A stretch of DNA of 62,788 bases from a virus (Duplodnaviria > Caudoviricetes), in IMG/VR virus record IMGVR_UViG_3300044228_002718, positions 1-62,788 of that record; one strand, given 5' to 3'. Positions 57,365 to 62,788 of this stretch are shown here, piece after piece. A program made the position numbers and the translations under genes. The stretch's first letter is position 1; every line of letters starts with the position of its first letter. Under the pieces are notes generated by a model. It searched no databases. It saw nothing but the letters and a program-made list of their open reading frames with translations, and was not told where the DNA came from.

Positions 57365-58267
57365 TTATATTGTGTTATATGTTATAACAGACCCTAAGTT
57401 CGCAGGGCTGTCTTTTAATCTAAAATCAAAAGTTTGAGTTAAGGCTTCTGCCACACTCATTCTTTTCGTAAAGATGCAACCTGTTAAGTTTGCATCAAAA
57501 TGTGTCGAACCTTCCACTAAAGTTTTTAATCTAAAACTTGAGTTTGTATCAAAGTTTTGGAAAGTTCCATAGTTACTACTAGTCATATATTGTGTTATGT
57601 TTCCTGAGACAACTCTTCTATTTAGAGTATGCTTGTTAGGATACATAGCATTATCTTGATTCGTAACTGAAAGACTATTTTGTAATGTTTCAAAAGGAGT
57701 CCAGTCTGGATTGTTTTGTACACTCAGTGTTGCAGAGATAAGCCTTGATATATCAGAGCCACCTCTCTCAACATCTAAAATCGGAACTACTGGAGTTCTT
57801 GTTGAGCTTTGTGAAGCTGTGCTACCAGGAATGGTAAAGGATTGATTACCTGCTCTTGTTAGCCTTTTTGCTTGTCCACTTATATTTACTAAACTAGGAC
57901 TACTTCTATTGAAATCAAAATTTCCTTCAATTATGACAGCGCCTTCTAATTTAAAAGTACTATCATTGGTTTGTATATACAAATCAAATTCTTTTAGAAT
58001 ATCGTTTGTAGTAGTCAATAAAAGATCTAGCACAATACTTTCGTGTTTCTCTTTAGTTAAGTGAACCGCAAAACTAAAATTTGCAGGGTTCGCTTTCGTT
58101 ATACTAGAACCTTGAAACATTTTTGTTTGATCGTGCAAAGTCTTTACTTCGTATGCATCTTCCGCAAATGTTTGGTCAAACGAAAGGTTGGGAGTCGTAA
58201 ATATCCTATACGACTCCCCATTGTATACTATGTATACCTTACTTTCTCTAAGAAAGTTAACGCTCAT
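57365..58267 (-). CDS. baseplate-proximal tube protein (T5 p140-like)
   Basis: N-terminus NFLRESKVY is paralogous to the tube protein's NLSRETKVY; RVVSGNITQY. Confidence 0.8.
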   Translation of the reverse strand: MSVNFLRESKVYIVYNGESYRIFTTPNLSFDQTFAEDAYEVKTLHDQTKMFQGSSITKANPANFSFAVHLTKEKHESIVLDLLLTTTNDILKEFDLYIQTNDSTFKLEGAVIIEGNFDFNRSSPSLVNISGQAKRLTRAGNQSFTIPGSTASQSSTRTPVVPILDVERGGSDISRLISATLSVQNNPDWTPFETLQNSLSVTNQDNAMYPNKHTLNRRVVSGNITQYMTSSNYGTFQNFDTNSSFRLKTLVEGSTHFDANLTGCIFTKRMSVAEALTQTFDFRLKDSPANLGSVITYNTI

Positions 58268-58269
58268 TT

Positions 58270-59868
58270 TTATACAGTTCTATCAGTTGCGTATTTTGAA
58301 TCAGAATGAGATGTACTACCCACATAGACTACTTTCAACTCGTCCTGGTCACTAATAGTTGTACCTTGCGCTGTGAATTCAATAGTTGTTGAAATCACAT
58401 CAGCAACATCAATTGTTGGGATTGATACATGGGCTTTGTCAAGTTGAAAATCAACTCTTGGTGTAGCTGAAGAGCCACCACCCATGAATAAATTCATGTC
58501 AAAAGCATTATTAACAAGGGTTGTTGCTCCTTGTAAATCTTTTAACAGTTGGTTTGATCCATTATTCTTAGTATCTAAGTAACAAGTTAATGAGCCTGTA
58601 ACCTGTCTTGTACCAGTAAATGAACCTATAGATTTATCAACCAAGCCTAATGTCTCAGGTGTTAAATAAGTAATATTATTAGCTATTGTAATGTTTCCAC
58701 CAGTAATCGCTATACTGTAAGTTCTTGAGTCTAAACCACCAGCTGATGCTCCACCACCTTGTGCGGCTGCGGATAAGGTTAGTGTTGAAAGTTTATTCTT
58801 TAAGTAATCAGCATCATCGACACCACTTACATTAACGTAGTCAAAACTTTCTACATCATCTTCTGTTGCATTAGCTGAGTATGCTCTTGCACTTTCACTA
58901 CTATCAGAATGGAAGGCTACGTTTGGATCTTCCATCGGTACAGATATTTGGTCAATGGTTGTACAGTTTCCTGACCAAGTAATTGTTCCAATACCATCGA
59001 TTGAGAAATCAATCTCTGCTTGGTTTACTTGACACTCATTCAATCTGTATGTTGTATTTTCAAGTACAAAATAAATTTGGAATTTTAATAATTCGTGTTT
59101 ATCTGACTCTTCAAAATCAACAGACCAATTACTGCTTGAAGGTGTTGCAGCACTACCTGTACTAGTTAGAGCTGTTCCTGCCATTGCTGACCATAGTATA
59201 TCTTCTACAGCGCCATGATTATTTTCAGTTCCATAACTGTTTGCTCCATGAACAAACGGTCTTACATATGTTTGGAAAGACCATTCACCAGCGTCTAAAG
59301 CATCGTTAAATCTTTTTGATCCTCTAACAGGTGATGTTCCTGCCTCTGTTAGTGTAACATCAGTACTTGTGTTAGCTTGTGAGAAAGAGTATCCATCTAA
59401 TACACCAATTCTAAATGTATTCGCATTAGTACTATTTCCTCTAAACAAACCTAACCCAGTTCTTGCTCCATCTACAGTAGCATTATCAGCTCCTACAGCA
59501 TCAACATCAAGTTGAACTGTTCCAGAAACTGTAGCAGAATTTCCTGTTCCTTTTACAACTTGTGCTGTTGGAAAAGTAATTCTATCAGCCGCAGCATGAC
59601 CACGACCTCTACCGTTATTAAAAGCAACGACTTTAGTTACGACACCACTACTTACAGCGGCAACATATACTCTTGCACCAACTCCACTACCAGTAGAATC
59701 AGAAGCTGAGTTTTGAACTAATAAATCACCTACTTCATAACCACTAGTTCCACCTGCGTGAACACTAATAGTTTGAATTCCACCTTTATTCGTCCCAGCA
59801 CTTGTAGCGTGTACGCCATTAACGGTACTGAGATAAACTTTGGTTTCTCTTGATAAATTAATTGCCAT
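58270..59868 (-). CDS. major tail tube protein (T5 pb6-like)
   Basis: VLDGYSFSQ, RGSKRFND, EWSFQTY, QVNQAEIDFSIDGI, NNITYLTP. Confidence 0.9.
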   Translation of the reverse strand: MAINLSRETKVYLSTVNGVHATSAGTNKGGIQTISVHAGGTSGYEVGDLLVQNSASDSTGSGVGARVYVAAVSSGVVTKVVAFNNGRGRGHAAADRITFPTAQVVKGTGNSATVSGTVQLDVDAVGADNATVDGARTGLGLFRGNSTNANTFRIGVLDGYSFSQANTSTDVTLTEAGTSPVRGSKRFNDALDAGEWSFQTYVRPFVHGANSYGTENNHGAVEDILWSAMAGTALTSTGSAATPSSSNWSVDFEESDKHELLKFQIYFVLENTTYRLNECQVNQAEIDFSIDGIGTITWSGNCTTIDQISVPMEDPNVAFHSDSSESARAYSANATEDDVESFDYVNVSGVDDADYLKNKLSTLTLSAAAQGGGASAGGLDSRTYSIAITGGNITIANNITYLTPETLGLVDKSIGSFTGTRQVTGSLTCYLDTKNNGSNQLLKDLQGATTLVNNAFDMNLFMGGGSSATPRVDFQLDKAHVSIPTIDVADVISTTIEFTAQGTTISDQDELKVVYVGSTSHSDSKYATDRTV

Positions 59869-59928
59869 TTCGTTCTCCTATTTGCTTCGGAAAGGGTCTA
59901 GCAAGATTATTATCTGCCATGCCGTCTC

Positions 59929-60378
59929 CTAATATCGTACTTCGACAGCCATCTCTCCAATTCCTAAAGGTTTTATTACTCCTTCATCTGTACTAAAATT
60001 TAGTATAGTGAATTGAGTTGTCTTTAAACTTGGATTGACACTATCATCATACACCAGTGCATCATTGTCGTCAATTATTTTCTCCACATCTTCAAACAAT
60101 AATGCTAGTTCTTCTTGGGGATCTTCTTCATTTCTGACATATCCCCTAATTGTTAAAGTTAAAAATCTCCATTTGTAGTTATCGGGAAGATATTCACGAG
60201 TTTCATCTCCCGCAACCACACATAACTTAGGATATTCTTCGATTTCATCTAAGAACACCATATTTGCCTTTACATTTCCAAATACATTAGAAAGAAAAGG
60301 GTGATTCCCATCAATGTCTTTTAGTTTTTCAACTAAAGCATCTACTATCTTTTTTCTTTTTGTTCTATATACTGCCAT
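59929..60378 (-). CDS. tail terminator (T5 p142-like)
   Basis: FLDEI..YP, ETREYLP, TDEGVIKPLGIGE; gene order. Confidence 0.8.
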   Translation of the reverse strand: MAVYRTKRKKIVDALVEKLKDIDGNHPFLSNVFGNVKANMVFLDEIEEYPKLCVVAGDETREYLPDNYKWRFLTLTIRGYVRNEEDPQEELALLFEDVEKIIDDNDALVYDDSVNPSLKTTQFTILNFSTDEGVIKPLGIGEMAVEVRY

Positions 60379-61835
60379 TATATTGCAGCTTTCCTCAAGG
60401 TAAATTTAGCACCTAAAGCCTTAGTTGCAAGTTCTCTTATACTTTTAGTAATAAGTGGTTTTGGATTATATCCATTTGGCCATCTACCACTATTCTCAAA
60501 TGTTGAGTATGGGTCCTCTTGGTATGAGTATTCTCCAATTATAGTATTTGGTCCTTGAACTAAACTATCTAATTTTACACTTCCCGCAAAAGTTCCTGTT
60601 CTAGGTTCTAGTGCTGGTCGTACCATGTTCTTTGTTACAGCTGCTTTTAATTTTGCATTAATATTTTCTTTAAAAATATTTAATTTTCTTTGTCCATCTG
60701 GTCTTCTTCTTTTAGTCTTTTTTATACCTGCTGCAAGTGCAAAAGTCTTTATTTCTTTTGCTATGTTTCTTTGTGTTTTAGCAATTGAAGCTGCTTTACC
60801 TCTTTTTACTTTTATTCTTTTTGTTCTTACTTTTTTCTTACTGTTTGTTTTTTGTACTTTCTTTTTTCTTCTAAGAAAGGCATCTTCTAATTGTTGAAGC
60901 AATGCTGCATCAATTCTTTTTGATCCAGTAACTTGAAGTGTAGAGCCAAGTAGAGTATCAAGTTGATATTGTAAGTCATTAGATAAATCAAAACTAGCGC
61001 CTGTTAGTTTTGCTCTCAGTATTCCTGCTTCTTTTTGTCTTGCTCCTTTTATGTCTCTATTAAAAGTTGGTGTTTCAAATCTAAAAACTGCATCAGCTCT
61101 TCCGTCCATTGCGTCAATATATTTTTGTTTATCTAGTGTAATTACACCACCTTCGCCTTCTAGTTCTGCTATTACATCTTCAAAAGATTCACTTTCTCCA
61201 GTCTGATTCATGTTATATTGCATTCTTTCTGAGACTGCTAAAAGTTTTTGTAACTCAGTTATTGCGTTTTGTATATTATCTCTTGGAGCACCTTCTCCTA
61301 CACCTAATACACCTTTTCGACCTTCAAGTATCTGTTGCCTTCTCATACCTACGGCTCCTGCTGATGACGCTCCCCCTAAGTCTTTCTCTGCATCATACGG
61401 TTCACCAAAGTCTGCCTCATCTTGATATCCTTGCAGGCCTTTGTCAAATACTTTTAATGCTCCTTGTAAAACATTTATAGTAAGGGCTATTCTACTATTT
61501 ACAAAAGTAATTTCTCTATGGTCTATATCGTAACCACTCATAGCTTCTACTGCTGAGGAAATACTATTTAAATGAGTTCTTAAAGCATCTTTATTCATTG
61601 CAGGTGTGCTATCTATTATATAATCCCAATTTACTTTTGCTATTCCTTGTAAATTAGCATACCATGCTCCTGCTTTTTGTAGTTTTCCCTCTATAGCTTC
61701 ATCTATTTTGTCTTTTACTTCTGTTGATCGTCTATTATAAGTTGCTATTATACTTTCACTTATATCTGCCCACTTCTCTCCGCCTTGAAGTGGGGCATTT
61801 GTTACAATATAATTAAAAGGACCTTTTACTGCCAT
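60378..61835 (-). CDS. tail completion / neck protein (T5 p143-like, extended)
   Basis: C-terminal PALEPRTGTFAGSV..Y..PYSTFE..PKPLI..SIRELA; gene order. Confidence 0.7.
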   Translation of the reverse strand: MAVKGPFNYIVTNAPLQGGEKWADISESIIATYNRRSTEVKDKIDEAIEGKLQKAGAWYANLQGIAKVNWDYIIDSTPAMNKDALRTHLNSISSAVEAMSGYDIDHREITFVNSRIALTINVLQGALKVFDKGLQGYQDEADFGEPYDAEKDLGGASSAGAVGMRRQQILEGRKGVLGVGEGAPRDNIQNAITELQKLLAVSERMQYNMNQTGESESFEDVIAELEGEGGVITLDKQKYIDAMDGRADAVFRFETPTFNRDIKGARQKEAGILRAKLTGASFDLSNDLQYQLDTLLGSTLQVTGSKRIDAALLQQLEDAFLRRKKKVQKTNSKKKVRTKRIKVKRGKAASIAKTQRNIAKEIKTFALAAGIKKTKRRRPDGQRKLNIFKENINAKLKAAVTKNMVRPALEPRTGTFAGSVKLDSLVQGPNTIIGEYSYQEDPYSTFENSGRWPNGYNPKPLITKSIRELATKALGAKFTLRKAAI

Positions 61836-62464
61836 TATTTATAAACCTTATACATATCAAGTATTCTCTTGATATAATCTGGGAAATCTATATTATCCCT
61901 TATAGAACTACTAATTTGATTTTGAATAGTAGCTCCACCAATATTTAATCTTTCTTTTCTTTCATCTTTTAAGTAGTATTTTACCAAATCAAAACATGCA
62001 AGTTGTATATCTGACGGTGTTGAAGCGTAACCAGCTTTATACACTACTTTTACTGCTTTTCTTCCTTTCGGAAACATTTTATCTGCTGTGTCTGTTGTTC
62101 TAAAAATTGTGTCTGACTCAAAGTCTACTGTAAAGTCATATTTTCCACTTGAATCTGAGTTTTCGCTTATTAATGTAACATAGCTATCAGCTTGTGAACC
62201 TCTCTCTTCTACTGACACTATGGAGACAAGTGGGCTTTCATCTAACATAACTGCATTTGTCATGTTATCTTTTATATCAAAAAATTCTGTTTTATTTGAA
62301 CTATAGTAGTCCAAAAATGACATACCGCAGTATCTTTTTACAGACTGACTAATTGCTGGTATAATAGTATTGATTCTTGCATCATCTGACATACCAGATA
62401 ACCCAGCAAAGTCTTTATACTGCTGTAAGGTTATTAAATTTGTTCCGCCTGTTATTACTGCCAT
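61835..62464 (-). CDS. head completion / head-tail adaptor (T5 p144-like)
   Basis: LITLQQYK, VKVVYKAGY..PSDIQLA, FPDYIKRILDMY. Confidence 0.82.
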   Translation of the reverse strand: MAVITGGTNLITLQQYKDFAGLSGMSDDARINTIIPAISQSVKRYCGMSFLDYYSSNKTEFFDIKDNMTNAVMLDESPLVSIVSVEERGSQADSYVTLISENSDSSGKYDFTVDFESDTIFRTTDTADKMFPKGRKAVKVVYKAGYASTPSDIQLACFDLVKYYLKDERKERLNIGGATIQNQISSSIRDNIDFPDYIKRILDMYKVYK

Positions 62465-62469
62465 ATCTC

Positions 62470-62499
62470 AAAAAGTGTGGGGTTTAAGGTAACCCCACA
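62470..62499 (-). terminator. terminator/attenuator after the capsid gene
   Basis: - strand TGTGGGGTT-ACCTTA-AACCCCACA-CTTTTT. Confidence 0.75.
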
Positions 62500-62516
62500 A
62501 AACCGTAGTAAAGCTA

Positions 62517-62788
62517 TTAAGAAGCTTTGTACATGTGTCCCCACTTAGAAGTTGCACCATCGATTAGGTCAATAAAACCTAGTCTCTGAGAAGCCACTAG
62601 GACTCTTCTTTGGTTTGCTACTTCGTAGTCAGACTCGATTGTAACTCCTCTTAATCTTGGAATTACATAGTTTCTTGGGTACACAGCGATAGCTGCGAAC
62701 TTACTAACTGCTGGTGAAGCGAATTCATCACAAAGGATAACTCTTGAACCGAACACTTGTCCGATTTCACCAGATAGCTTAGTTGCTC
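62517..62788 (-). CDS. major capsid protein, C-terminal fragment (HK97 fold, T5 pb8-like); 5' end lies beyond the window
   Basis: GEIGQVFGSRV...NYVIPRLRGVTIESD...QRRVLVASQRLGF. Confidence 0.88.
   Translation of the reverse strand, partial: ATKLSGEIGQVFGSRVILCDEFASPAVSKFAAIAVYPRNYVIPRLRGVTIESDYEVANQRRVLVASQRLGFIDLIDGATSKWGHMYKAS

Noticed and set aside
1-62788. Stop-codon reassignment
   Set aside because: Core genes are full length in code 11, and TAA, TGA and TAG all end genes.

Overview
A 62.8 kb, AT-rich segment of a lytic T5-like (Demerecviridae-type) siphophage, probably aquatic and infecting a Gram-negative host (host is inferred). Left to right: (1) a small pre-early-like cluster with an A2-like gene, then a hairpin-rich non-coding stretch; (2) accessory and lysis genes: bS21, Hsp20, endolysin, acyl carrier protein, spanins, holin candidates, a Pro/Thr-rich lipoprotein and a DenV-like glycosylase; (3) the T5-type replication block on the + strand (D2, D3, PC4-like, split NAD ligase, D5, helicase, primase, PolA, D10, D11, D12/D13, D15, nrdAB), with redox genes interspersed (cytochrome c, glutaredoxin, DoxX, 2OG-Fe(II) oxygenase, peroxiredoxin); (4) the morphogenesis operon on the - strand in T5 order, from the capsid C-terminus to several very large fibres. 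Best candidate for an undescribed system: the central tail-tip protein carries an 85-triplet Gly-Pro-X collagen rod and is followed directly by a Tpa1/OGFOD1-like 2OG-Fe(II) hydroxylase and a KpsS-like glycosyltransferase, a possible phage collagen-modification cassette. Other notable signals: a complete tRNA-Ala nested inside an apparently real open ORF, a promoter-driven structured non-coding element, several apparently leaderless genes alongside a phage bS21, and a +1 UUU-CGU tail-chaperone frameshift candidate. All family calls come from motif recognition by eye and gene order; no database search was run.
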